NCBI GenBank assembly: GCA_013416795.1
Contig: RQSC01000027.1
Span: 124,001 to 188,000, forward strand
DNA: 64,000 nt
Origin: Prasinococcaceae sp. CCMP 1430
Lineage: Eukaryota > Plantae > Prasinodermophyta
Reading direction: 5' to 3'
Part shown: positions 31,065-42,000 of the stretch, piece after piece
How the letters are laid out: each line of letters starts with the position of its first letter
Numbering within the stretch: the first letter of the stretch is position 1
The notes under the pieces: generated by a model
What the model was told of the DNA's origin: nothing
Databases searched by the model: none
What the model saw: only the letters and a program-made list of their open reading frames with translations
Program-made: the position numbers and the translations under genes

Positions 31065-34000
31065 ATGGCGGCGGTGGGCATGCCTGCGCTCATTGATGAG
31101 CTCCCGGCGGGCGGCATGGACCTACACCGCGCGGCGGCTGCGGCCGCTGAGGAGGCGAGCGAGCGGCGCCAGGCGGCGCGGCTGGTCGAGGCTTGCCGTT
31201 CCGGCGACGTGCCCGCAGCCACGCGGTGCCTCACTGCGCGTCGCTCAGCGTGTGGCCCGAACTCATGTGCCTTTTCCCGCTTCGTCGACGCCCAGTGCGC
31301 CGTGGTCACGCGGCGCGTGGACTCCACCACTGGCAAAACTGCGGTGGGCTCGTCGGGGTTTGCCGCGACTGGGCTCTGGTGGGCTGCCGAGGGGGGGCAC
31401 TCCGACGTCGTCAGGCTGCTGCTTGAGCACGGCGCTGACACTGAGGTGCGTGCGCCGTGTATCGCAATCGTCCGCGATGCGGTGCTCCTGTGAAATCGAC
31501 TAGGGTTTCTCAGGTGCTCCAGGGCACTGCACCCGTGGGCGTGGGTTGCGCCGCGCGCCACGCCGCGGCGCGCCGCGGCGCACCAAGGGCGGGGTGGGCG
31601 TCCCCCGGGCCTGGGAAATCCCCGCGGCGCTCCGCGGGGCCAGCCGGCGCGGGCGGGCGCGCTGGGTGCACGTGAGTGTGTTAGCGCGCTGACACGCAGC
31701 GCATGTCAATGATCCGGGGGCGCTGCTGCTGCGCATGCGCCCACCCCGGCTGCTGCGCTGTGATGTGGCGACACGGCCTTGGTGCGATCGACACAGGCGG
31801 CGGACGAGCGCGAGGGCACGACCCCGCTACATCGGACGGCATACGGAGGCCACTTGGCCACGGCCGAGGCGCTGCTAGCAGGCGGCGCAAACATCGAGGC
31901 ACCTAGTCTACGCAATTCGTCGACGCCGCTCCACCTCGCGGCGAAGGCCGGCCGGGCGGATATGTGTGCGCTCCTGGTCCGACACGGCGCGGCAATGACG
32001 CTCAGGAATCGCCGCGGTGACGTGCCAATTGCAATGACGTCGGACAACGCCACGCTTCGTACGCTCCTCGATCCTGGGCTTTTTCGGGCAGGCGTGTACG
32101 CGACGGACCCGGCGCTCGCGCTCAGTGGAAGCGCGAGCACAAGCGACGGAGCTTCTACGAGCTCGTCTGTGGGGGCGACGTCCACTGACGGCGTCTGTGG
32201 GGCGATGGATGACCTATCGCTGTCGCACGATGCCGCAGAGGCCGCCGTGCCAGGGAGCTACGGCACGGGTGAGGGCCCGTTCCGGGGCCTTGGCGCTGAG
32301 GCATCGAACCTCTTCGAGCGTGCCCTCGAGCAGGCACGCAAGAACATGGACGTCAACCTCGGCATCTTCCCGTTTGACCTTCTCAGTCACGACGAGCGCA
32401 TTGTGACGCTGTCGCGGGTGGCGACCGCGGTCCATGGCTACGGGGTGTGCCCGCGCGACAACGTCACAGAGAGCGCCCTGTACGCCATATACGCGTCAGC
32501 ACGCGAGCGTGTTCAAGCTGAGGCCGACGATGGCAAGCCCATCGACGCTAGCTCGTGGCGTCGGCTTCTGCTTGACGCGTACGAGGCTGAAGTTGGGACA
32601 GCGGCGCTCCGTGGTCTCGACATCAGTGGCGCGCTCAGGGTGAAGAAGGAGTGCTGGGCAGTAATGGCAGACCAGGTGGCAGCATCGGCGTCTTTTGGGC
32701 ACGAGCTCTTCTGGACGCTGTGGCAGATCTTCCGCGAGCGGGATCCTTTCACTCAGCGGCTGCTGTACTCCCGTCTAGGCGCTGCTGAGTCCTACTTCGG
32801 CCCCCGGCCAGCCGCGGTGACAGATACGGACATCTCTGACGCCGAGCGAAAGATCGCTGCGCTGACCCCGAAGGGACAGGCGGCAATGAGTGGTGTTTTC
32901 CCGCCAGACCACTTCGCCTCTGCCATGACGATGCGGCAGCTGGTCTTCTCAGTGGAGGGTGGCGCTGGACCTCCCGGGTGCATGTGTGAGTACTGCCAGC
33001 GTTGCCGGCAGGTGCTCACTGGCAGCAAGGCCAGTACGAAGGGGCGCTCAAAGGGCAAGAGAGGAGGTGCGCGTGGAAAGAGCACTGGGATTGAAGGCCT
33101 CGCAATGGCCGCCGGAGGCAATGATATGTGCACAGAGATGATGCTGGACGACCCTAAGGGATCCAAGGCATCGGGTGGCAGCGGCCGCAAGGACGGCAAG
33201 GGCGCGAAGCACGGGGCGGAGAGCGGCGGCGCCGGTGCGTATGGCAACGGTGCCGACAAGCCTCTTTGTCCTGACGACATGTGGAAGCTTACGGACGCGG
33301 CGTGGGGAGCCATCGCGCAACAACAGGATGACGTGCTCAAGTGGTTTACCTGCTTGTCCCCGTCGCAGCGCCGCGCCGCGCTTACTCTACCGGAGCGTGA
33401 GCTCGACCGCTCCATGGCCTCGAGCGCCGACTGGGATGTGCTGACCACTGCTGAGATGGATTATGACTACGGGACCTCGGGCGCCGGCCCTGAGGGCGCG
33501 CTCATAGAGTACGACGAGGCTTCGGGGTGCTTCACGCCAGGTTCGGCTCTTCTCAAGCCCGACCAAGCCGTGCCAGCTATGGTGCACTCGCTCGACCCGC
33601 AGAAAGTGCGCCAGTCACAGCTGTGGCGTGATCCAGCCATGCTCGAATACCTCGACGCTGCCACGCGCCGTGCGCTAGGGGCGCGCGTGCTTGAGCTGCA
33701 TTTCACCAGGCTCTTCGCGGTCAAGCTTCTGGCGAAATTCGGCGAGGCAGCGCGCGAGGCAGCGGCGCAGGCGGCCTTGGAGAGCCTTCTCGCCGATGAG
33801 GCCGCTGCGAAGGAGGGCAATCAGCAGTCGAAGAAGTCAAAGAAGAAGAAGAAGAAGGGCAAGAAGGACACGAGCAAGCCTACTTCCGCTCCCGAGCATT
33901 TGGCCGCCGAGGAAGCCCCCGAACCGGCCGCTGTAGAGGTCGAGACAGCCGCAGATACAGCCGCAGATGATGCCGACGCGGACGAGGAGTCAGACGGCGG

Positions 34001-35387
34001 TGGAGGGGCCGTGGGAGCGTTCGCGGCGCTGATGGGCGTCGAGGACGAAATGCCTGCTGCACCGAAGGGCGCGAAGGGCGCCAAGACCACTGCCCCTCCA
34101 GTGAATGCCACAAAGGGCAGCGGGCTGTCGACGACGACTACCATTGACAAGAACGACCAGGCAGGCTTTCAACCTAAGTTGACTAAGAAGCAGCGTGAGC
34201 GAGAGCGCAAGGAGCAGGCGAAGCGCGAGAAGGAGCGCGAGGCCAAGGAGGCTGCTGCCGCGGCGGCCAGTGCGGCCGATGCGCGCCGGAAGCGCGAGGA
34301 AGAGCAAGCGATGGCCCGTGCAATCGCGGAAAGTCTTCAGGGCGCTTCGGCTGACTCCGGACGAAAGAAGGCCCGTGCACTTACCAAGGCACAACAGAAG
34401 CAGCAGATGCAGCAGACGCAACAGCAGCAAGTCATGATGCAAAGGCAGCAGATGCAGGCTGCAAGGAACGCACAGGCCGCCAGACCGGCGCCTCAGCCGG
34501 TGACCGCGCGACCTGTTGCTGCCGTTGCGCGCGGGCCACCGGCCGCGCAGCCGGTCGTGCGCAACCCTGGTATGTCGCAGCAGCAGCGTCCTCCGACGTC
34601 GATGGCTCCTTCCTCTGGCTATGCAGCTCCGAAGGCTCCGAGCACGCCGCCGTACGTGGCGCACAAGGGTTCCTCGCAGCCTGCAAAGGTGCCGAACGGT
34701 CAAAGCGCAGGAGGAGCCTTTGCGCCGCCGGCGCGCGCCATGGCTCAGCAGGGGTCGCCGCCTCAGGTGCAAACACGTTATGCGCCAGCCACCACCGCTG
34801 GTGCGCCCGGAACCTTCGTGCGAGGTGGCGGTGCCGGAAGCGCTGACCAGCAGCAATATGGGATGTTCGGCGGCTGGGGCAAAGGCGGCAACGTCGGCAC
34901 CGCAACGCCACCGCAAGCCGCGCAGCCAGGGTGGAGCTCGGCGGGGTCGCTACCCGGCCTGGACCTTGGTGCAGGTCTGGGCGCTTTCGGCGGGGGCGGC
35001 GGCGGCGGCGGTGGGATCCTCGGTCCAGGTACAGCTACTGCTGCTGGCACCTCCATGTTCGACTCGCTGATGGGCTCAAAGCCTGGAGGTGAGCCACCTG
35101 CGCCCATGCAATCTGCTTTCGGCGTCGGTCCACCCTCGGGCGGCTTTGGGGCGCTCGGAGTGGGTGGTACCGGGTATGGAGGCCTGCAACAGCAGGCGCC
35201 AGCGCAGCCCGCATCTGGTATGTTTGGTCAGCCGCTCGGGCAGCCGGCGGGCGCGGCCACCCCCGCGTCTCAGTGGGGCGGTCCTGCGCTTACCGGCCAG
35301 GGCGTCGGCGCGGCGCCCGCCAATGGCGCGGCGCCCGCAGATGGCGGCTACGACGAATCCTTGCTCCCGGCGTCCATCATCGGCTAG
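31065..35387 (+). CDS. Large ankyrin-repeat protein with unassigned central domains and Q/G/P-rich tail, 2 exons
   Basis: Exons 31065-31445 and 31797-35387 join in phase 0. Ankyrin repeats: GLWWAAEGGHSDVVRLLLEHGAD, TPLHRTAYGGHLATAEALLAGGAN, TPLHLAAKAGRADMCALLVRHGA. A poly-Lys NLS-like run follows. Confidence 0.85.
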
Positions 35388-35434
35388 GAAGGCGAGGCGA
35401 GGCGGTCGACGACTTGCCAGCGCTGCCAGTGCCT

Positions 35435-35439
35435 TGTAA
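35435..35439 (+). terminator. Candidate TGTAA polyadenylation signal of the ankyrin gene
   Basis: TGTAA 47 nt after the stop codon at 35387. Confidence 0.4.
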
Positions 35440-35623
35440 GGTCTCTTGACAGCATCTGTGCTACCCGTCAAGGGGAATTGCAAGCGCGCTTGGTGAGGTT
35501 CTATCTGGGGCGCGCCCGACATACGCGCCTGACGTGCGCGGGTGATTGAGCGTACTGTGAGAACTCAGGGTGTGTACAAAATGCTTGCGACGATGGCACG
35601 CCAGGCGCATGCCTGGGCCCCGC

Positions 35624-35875
35624 TGTGCGTGTGTCTGTGTGTGTGTGTATGTGTGTGTGTGTGTATGTGTGTGTGTGTGTGGAGCACATCGCGCTGCTGC
35701 CGTGCTGGGTTTACAGCCGGCGGTTTCAGGTGGCGGTTTGGCTGGTCATGCCAGCCGCCACGGTATGAATGTGTGTATGAATGTGTTGGTAGTATATGTG
35801 TGTGGTGTGTGAGTGTGGTGTAGGGAGGGGTGTCGTGTGTGTGTCTGTGGATGTGCCGCTGGTGTGTGTGGTGTG
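35624..35875. repeat. (GT)n microsatellite core (35624-35681) with degenerate GT-rich extension
   Basis: gtgtgtgtatgtgtgtgt... lying between the convergent ankyrin and importin-alpha 3' ends. Confidence 0.85.
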
Positions 35876-35944
35876 TCCCTCGTTGACGTGGCGAGGGGTG
35901 GCCTGACAGTATGTGCGGGCCTATTAGCACAGGCGAGCGCCAGC

Positions 35945-37573
35945 TCACTGGCCGAAGCCGCCGGCGAAGTTGAAGCCCCCCGCGGGCATCATGCCCTGCG
36001 CGGCCTGCGAGTCGGCGTTGAACGAGTAGCTCTGCCCATTGCCGTCGGTTGCTGGCGCGATGTCCTGGTCCCCATCCTCGCCATCGAAGTACTCCTGCAC
36101 GATGTGGAGCGCCTTCTCGTAGATCTCGTTATTGCGGTGCGACTCAAGCTCCTCGAGCTTGTCGAGCCCGTCAGCCTCGGCGACGAACTGCGCGAATTGG
36201 TTGATGCCGTTGAGCTCGGCAACCATGTTTGCTTCAGCCTTCCCCACCTTGAGGATGTTCTCCAGGCCCTCCAACGCCACCGAGATGATGCGGGCGTCCG
36301 AACACTTCAGCAGGTCGCATAGCGGCTTGATGCAACCTTGCGAGACCAGAAACTTGATCTGGTCGTGCGTGCCGCCAGAGGTGGCGTTCGAGATCGCCCA
36401 CGCGGCCTCCTTGCGAATGTCAAACTCGGAGGTGCTCAGAAGCATCACAAGCGGCGGGATGATGTTAGCGTCGATCACGTTCTTGATCTGCTGCTGGTTG
36501 CCCGCCGTAATGTTCGAGATCGTCCAGCACGCCTCCTTCTTGATGGATTTCTTGTTGTTGTGGGTGAGGAGGTGCAGCAGGCACGGCAGCGCTTGGCAGT
36601 TGATGACCATCTGCGTCTGCACGTCGTCCCCAGTGACGATGTTGCCGACCGTCCGCAGCGCCGGGATCAGAACCGCCGGCGTGGTGTGCATGAGCAGCTC
36701 GACGAGCCGCGGGCACACGCCCGTCTCGATCACCGCGCCGATCTTGTCGTTGGTGCCGTCGCTGAGGTAGCTCAGAGCCCAGCAGGCGTCGGTGAGGACC
36801 TCCTCGTCCGACGAGTGCACCAGGCGCGCGAGCGTCGGCAGCGCAGGCTTAATGAGTTCGAAGTCGGGCTGCGGCTTGCCGCGGCAGAAGTTCGAGAGCG
36901 TCCACGTGGCGTTGCGCAGCATGCTCAGCTTGGAGTGCTCGTTGAGCTGGCCGAGCAATGGCACGAGCGCGTTCTGCTCGAGCACCAGGTTGCGGCACTT
37001 CCACGAGTCACCAGCGATGTTGCCGAGCGCCCACACGGCCTGCTCGCGCACGTCGTCGCTGGGCGACTGCAACAGCGCGACGAAGATCGGCACGGCGCCG
37101 TGATCGATCACCACCTTGGTGTGCTCGCTCGTGCCACTTGCGATGTTGGTCAGCGCCCACGCCGCCTCAAACTGAAGCTGGGGGTAGTCGCCCTTCTGCA
37201 GGAACTGCACGAAGCGCGGAACCACGCCGGCCTTGATCACCTCATCGATGGGCGGGCCCTTCTCAATGGACAGCAGCTTACGGAACTGCGCCGTGGCATC
37301 CAGCTGCATCTTGGGGTCCTCGGTCCATACGCCCTGCACCATCATCGGCAACGACTCCAGCCTCAGCGGGATGGCGCTGCCAACCTCGTCGATCGAGCCG
37401 TTGGTCCCCGTGCTGTCGGGCGTGGCCACCGCTGCGAGGTTGCGGCGCTTCTGCAGGCTGGCCTCGCGCTTGTCCTTGCGGATGGACACCATCTGGTCCT
37501 CTCGCTTGCGGCGTGCCTCATCCTGATCGATTGTCTTCTTGTGTGCGTGCTTCTTGCCTTCGCGGAACGACAT
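35945..37573 (-). CDS. IMPA: Importin alpha (karyopherin alpha), intronless
   Basis: IBB domain ([26 protein letters not shown]) and ARM repeats ([75 protein letters not shown]). Confidence 0.97.
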   Translation of the reverse strand: MSFREGKKHAHKKTIDQDEARRKREDQMVSIRKDKREASLQKRRNLAAVATPDSTGTNGSIDEVGSAIPLRLESLPMMVQGVWTEDPKMQLDATAQFRKLLSIEKGPPIDEVIKAGVVPRFVQFLQKGDYPQLQFEAAWALTNIASGTSEHTKVVIDHGAVPIFVALLQSPSDDVREQAVWALGNIAGDSWKCRNLVLEQNALVPLLGQLNEHSKLSMLRNATWTLSNFCRGKPQPDFELIKPALPTLARLVHSSDEEVLTDACWALSYLSDGTNDKIGAVIETGVCPRLVELLMHTTPAVLIPALRTVGNIVTGDDVQTQMVINCQALPCLLHLLTHNNKKSIKKEACWTISNITAGNQQQIKNVIDANIIPPLVMLLSTSEFDIRKEAAWAISNATSGGTHDQIKFLVSQGCIKPLCDLLKCSDARIISVALEGLENILKVGKAEANMVAELNGINQFAQFVAEADGLDKLEELESHRNNEIYEKALHIVQEYFDGEDGDQDIAPATDGNGQSYSFNADSQAAQGMMPAGGFNFAGGFGQ

Positions 37574-38180
37574 GGCTGCCCTGACGCCGTGGCGCGACGA
37601 AGCGATGTGGGCCGCGCGGGATCGCGTGCGCGCACCACGTGCACAGGCGGAGCCAGACCCGCGCGGGGGGGGGGGGGAGGAAGGGATCTCCGTGTCAGCG
37701 AATGATCGTCGGCCACCGCAGCACCCGCCGCCCGGCCGCGCTCTCGTGGCCGCCAGCAACAGCGCGCTCGCGGGGCGGCGTGAGGAGGGCGGGGGAAGGG
37801 GGCGCGGGCGGAGCGCGCACGAAAAGCGCGGGGCGTGCGGGGCGGCGCGGCGAGGCATGCCGCGCGTCGATGGTCTCATGCTTCCACTCAATGCCCCGCA
37901 GCGTCCGGCGCGCAGTCCTCGCCGGCGCGGCCGATCGCGCGCGCGCAAATGCGTTTTCGGCTCCCTCTCTGCCTCGCGCGCGCGCGCGCGCTGCCGCGCG
38001 CGTTTTTTTCTGCGTGTGTGTGTGTGTGTGGGGGGAAGGGAGGCGCGGGTGCGTTTCGATGGCGCGCACTCCAAAAACAAAAAAAAAGAAGAGCCGCCGC
38101 CGTCGGTTGATTTGGGGAGGCGCGGCGCCGCGGCGCGGTTCGTGAGCGACCGACCCGGCCGCCTGCGACCCCGGAACCGA

Positions 38181-38570
38181 CAGGCAGGCAGGCAGGCAGG
38201 AGGGAGGGAGAAAGGAGGAAGGGCGCCAACCAACGGACGGACGGACGGCGCCCCGATTTTGATTTTTTGATTTTTAATTTTTATTTTTATTTTTAATTTT
38301 GATTGTGTTTGAACGACCGACAAACCGATGCAATTCGATCGCACGTGCAATTGCAATCCAGGACGGAACCCTGTGTACATTAACCCTAAATCCTCGGGAC
38401 CTGCATTCGCGGGGCGCGCAGCTTGCAGGCCACACGCTCGCGCGAGTCGCGGCCTGGCCGGCTCCGCTTCTGTCCGGCTGGCTGGCTAAGTTCTCTCGAT
38501 CGATCGATCGATAGACTGCGTTGCTCTGCCTCGGCACACCGACCGACGGCATGACCGACCGACCGACCGA
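38181..38570. repeat. Cluster of short tandem repeats and an AT-rich tract in the importin-alpha/OGT divergent region
   Basis: (CAGG)5 38181-38200, (ACGG)4 38233-38248, T-rich ATTTTT repeats 38256-38300, TAACCCTAAA 38381-38390, (CGAT)4 38497-38512, (GACC)4 from 38553. Confidence 0.8.
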
Positions 38571-39095
38571 CGCCTCCTCGATCCTCCCCGCCGCGTCCCG
38601 CCGCCGCTGACTTCTCCATCGGGTTCGCACCCGCATCGTGTTTGCTTGTCGGTCGGCAGCAGCCTTCTCGACCTGGCCGGGTTCGCTGGCCCATCCAGTC
38701 CGTAACCCCCTCCACCGGCCGGCCGGCCCGGCCCGGAAGATTGGATCATTTTCCGGGGGAGGGTGTGCCGGTCGGGCTGTCTGCGGCCGCGGGTGGGGGT
38801 CGCGCGGCGGAAGCCGCTGGGTGTGGCCGGGGGCGCGCGGCGCGGCGCGCGCGCCTGTGCATGCGTTTTGTTGGGGCGCGTAGGATGATGGCGACGATCA
38901 CACCTGGGCGGACGGCCCGCACCCCCGGGGCGACCGCCGCGCGATCGCCTCGCTGGATGGTGGAGGCGCTCTGAGGATCCGCACTCCCCGCGGGGCGGGG
39001 GCCCGGGGGGCGCGCGCGCGGCGCCCGGAACGCCCCTCTGTGCGTCGGCTTTTCTTGGCGGCCGAGGGGCAGCGGCGGGGCGGCGGTGGCGCGTC

Positions 39096-42000
39096 ATGAC
39101 GCTCAGCCCACCACTGGCGCAGCATTATGCCGCCGATGGGACCTGGCACGGCGGCGGCGATGGCGCGTGGGGTGACACCGTGAGCTCTACTGCGGACTTG
39201 AAGCGCGCCGTGAGTTTGGAGGGAAAGCTTCCAGCACACGAGTGGGCCGCCGCCGGAGGCGGGGCCGCCGCCGCGCCGGCCTTTGGCGGCAGCCATGCAA
39301 CCCTGCAACTGCCGCAGCAGCAAGCTGCGTACAGCCAGGGCCAGCATGTGGTTCATCAGATGCACACAGCTGTTTGGCCGCAGTCGCTGCCGCAGCCGCA
39401 GCCGCTGACGCAGCCGCAACCTCTGACGCAGCCACTGCCACAGCTGCAGCCGCTGCCGCAGCAGCAGCCGCCGCTGGCTGTGGCGCATGTACCCTCGCAA
39501 GAGGTGCACGCGCACCTACCGAATCAGCCGCATCGAGAGGCTCGGGCAAGTGCGCTCTTGGCGATGCCTTCACACCAGCAAACACAACAGCAGCAGATGC
39601 TCCCGCCGCAGCAGCTTCTGCTGGACGAACAGTCACGGTCACAGCCTCGGCCGCAGCAGCTGCCGCGTCTTGCGACGCAGCCAACCATGTTGGTGCCGCC
39701 GGCGGAAGCGCATGCGCGGCCAGATCAACACAACGCGGTGCCACACCATCCGCAGATGCACATGCACGCGACCGGGGGCGTGTTGACGTTCAACGCGCTC
39801 GGCGGTGTCCTCCCGCAGACGCCCGGGCAGGCTGGCACCACGGTGCAGCCGGCGCAGGTGGCAACGCCGGCGCTGGTGTCGACGCCATCGCACGTGGTAC
39901 CGCAGGAGTACGTGGCGGCGCCAGCACAGGTGGTGGCGCCTGTACAGGTTGCGACGCCGGTGGAGGCAATGCCGATGCAGGTGGCAGCGATGGCGCCAGC
40001 GCTCGCGCCGGCGCAGGCGTCCGGCGCGGGCTGGGGATACTTCCCTTGGCAGGGCTACATGACCTTGCAGCCGCGCGGATACTCGACAACACATCGATCC
40101 CACCCAGTGTCCTCTCTGAGTGCTGCGCACCTCCCGGGCTCGGCCGATATGGCCGTGTCACTGCTCCAACGCCCTGTTGGGGGCGCGGTGCATACCTCGC
40201 CAGTGGTCCACGCACCGGCGGCTGTCGGCACGGGCGTGCAGACGGAAGAAGAGGCCTTGCAGGCGGAGCTCGCCCGCTGCCACACACTGTACCGAGGGGG
40301 ATCCTTCACGGACTGCGCGTGGGCGCTCATGCACCTCGCCGGGAAATGGCCTGGCCACCCTCGGGTGCTACTGCTGCTCGGTGCGGCGTACTACCAGCTC
40401 AGGGACTTCTCGGCATGCATTGCGATCAACCAGCAGCTCATTCAGCTAGAGCCAACCATGGCCGAGGCCTACCTCAACATGGCAAACGCACTGCGTGACG
40501 TAGGGGACCTGGACTTGTCGCTCCAATACTACCTCAAGACCATCGCTCTGGACCCAAACTACGCGGCGGCGTACGCCCACCTGGCCGCGGCTTACGTGGC
40601 GAAGGGCTCCTACTCGTTGGCGCTCGATTGCCATCGTTCCGCATTGCTTCTTGACCCGACTCTCGTCGACGTGCACGTGAGCATGGGCCAGCTGCTGCGC
40701 GTCCAGGGGCTCAATGAGGCTGCAAAGGAGTGCTTCAGCGAGGCGCTGCGGCTGGTACCGGATCACGGATTGGCATGGTCTTCGCTTACGGCGCTCAACT
40801 TGGAGATGAGTGTCGAAGGGGGCCTTGAAATCGCAGGGCCGGCCGTGCTTGGGCAAGCGCCCATCGAACCAGCGTTTCCCGGCACTCAGGGCGGCCCTGG
40901 CGGTGCCTCGATTGCGACGGCGGCACAGCCGGGGGGGGCGGACTCGGGGCAGATGGCAGCGAATGCCTACTGGCAGCTGGGCAACGCTTATCGCAGCAGC
41001 CACATGCTCAATGAAGCTGTTGCCTGCTACCGCCAAGCGCTGGCGGCGTCGCCCCTCGATGCGCCCGTGCTTGCAGCTCTGGGAGGTGTGCTCCATCTGC
41101 AAGGGGCAACAGCGGACGCGCTGGCCTGCTTCTCGCAGGCCACAGCGCTCGACCCCGCCAACTACGTGGTGGGCTCTGAGTATGCGTCGGTTCTTAAGGA
41201 CGCAGGGCGTGTGCCCGAATCCATCGCCGAGTACGCGCGGGTCGTGGCCACAGCCCCGCACATTCCCGAGCTCCAAGCTAACCTGGCCAGTGCGTACAAA
41301 GACACCGGCCAGAACGACATGGCCATCAAGTACTACATGTCGGCCTTGCAGCTGCGCCCTGACTTCCCCAGCGCTCTGGCGAACGTCGTGCACTCACTGC
41401 AGTGCGTTTGTGACTGGCGACAGCGCGACCTGTGGTTCGAGCGGCTCGAGGTCACCACTAGGCATCAGATCTCGATCGGGCAGACGCCTGCGGTGCAGCC
41501 GTTTCACGCAATCGCATATCCTGTCAGTGGAGAGCTAGCCTTGAAGATATCCGAGCGATACGCGGTGGGGGTGCAGAACGCAGCGGCCACGGCAGCTGTG
41601 CAATACAAGCTTTCCCTGCCGCTGCCCTTGCAGCCCCCGCGCAAGCTGCAGGCGGGTGAGCGACTGCGGGTGGCGTACGTGAGCTCCGATTTTGGCAACC
41701 ACCCGCTGAGCCACCTAATGGGAAGCGTCTTTGGTCTCCACGACCGGTCCCGCTTCGAGGTCTTCTGCTACGCGCTGAGCCCGCCCGACGGCACCGAGTG
41801 GCGCGCGCGCATCGAGTCGGAGGCCGAGCACTTCCTAGACGTGAACGCCTGGACGGTCACTGAGATTGCGGCGCGCCTCTCGGCAGACCGCATCCACGTC
41901 GCAATCAATCTGAACGGCTATACGAAAGGGGCGCGCAACGAGATCTTTGCGCTGAAGCCCGCGCCCGTCCAAGTGTCCTACATGGGCTTTCCCAGCACGA

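Noticed and set aside
35501-35948. Short ORFs rich in CV/TH repeats (also at 20378-20752)
   Set aside because: They are translations of (GT)n/(CA)n microsatellites.
36338-37705. 455-aa plus-strand ORF antisense to importin alpha
   Set aside because: It is a shadow frame of a high-GC3 gene with no recognisable motifs. The same applies to the antisense ORFs at 47799-49007, 52092-53549 and 54154-55377.
38181-38600. CRISPR-like or transposon-terminal repeats
   Set aside because: Units are 4-6 nt with no spacer structure, terminal inverted repeats or transposase nearby, and the host is eukaryotic.
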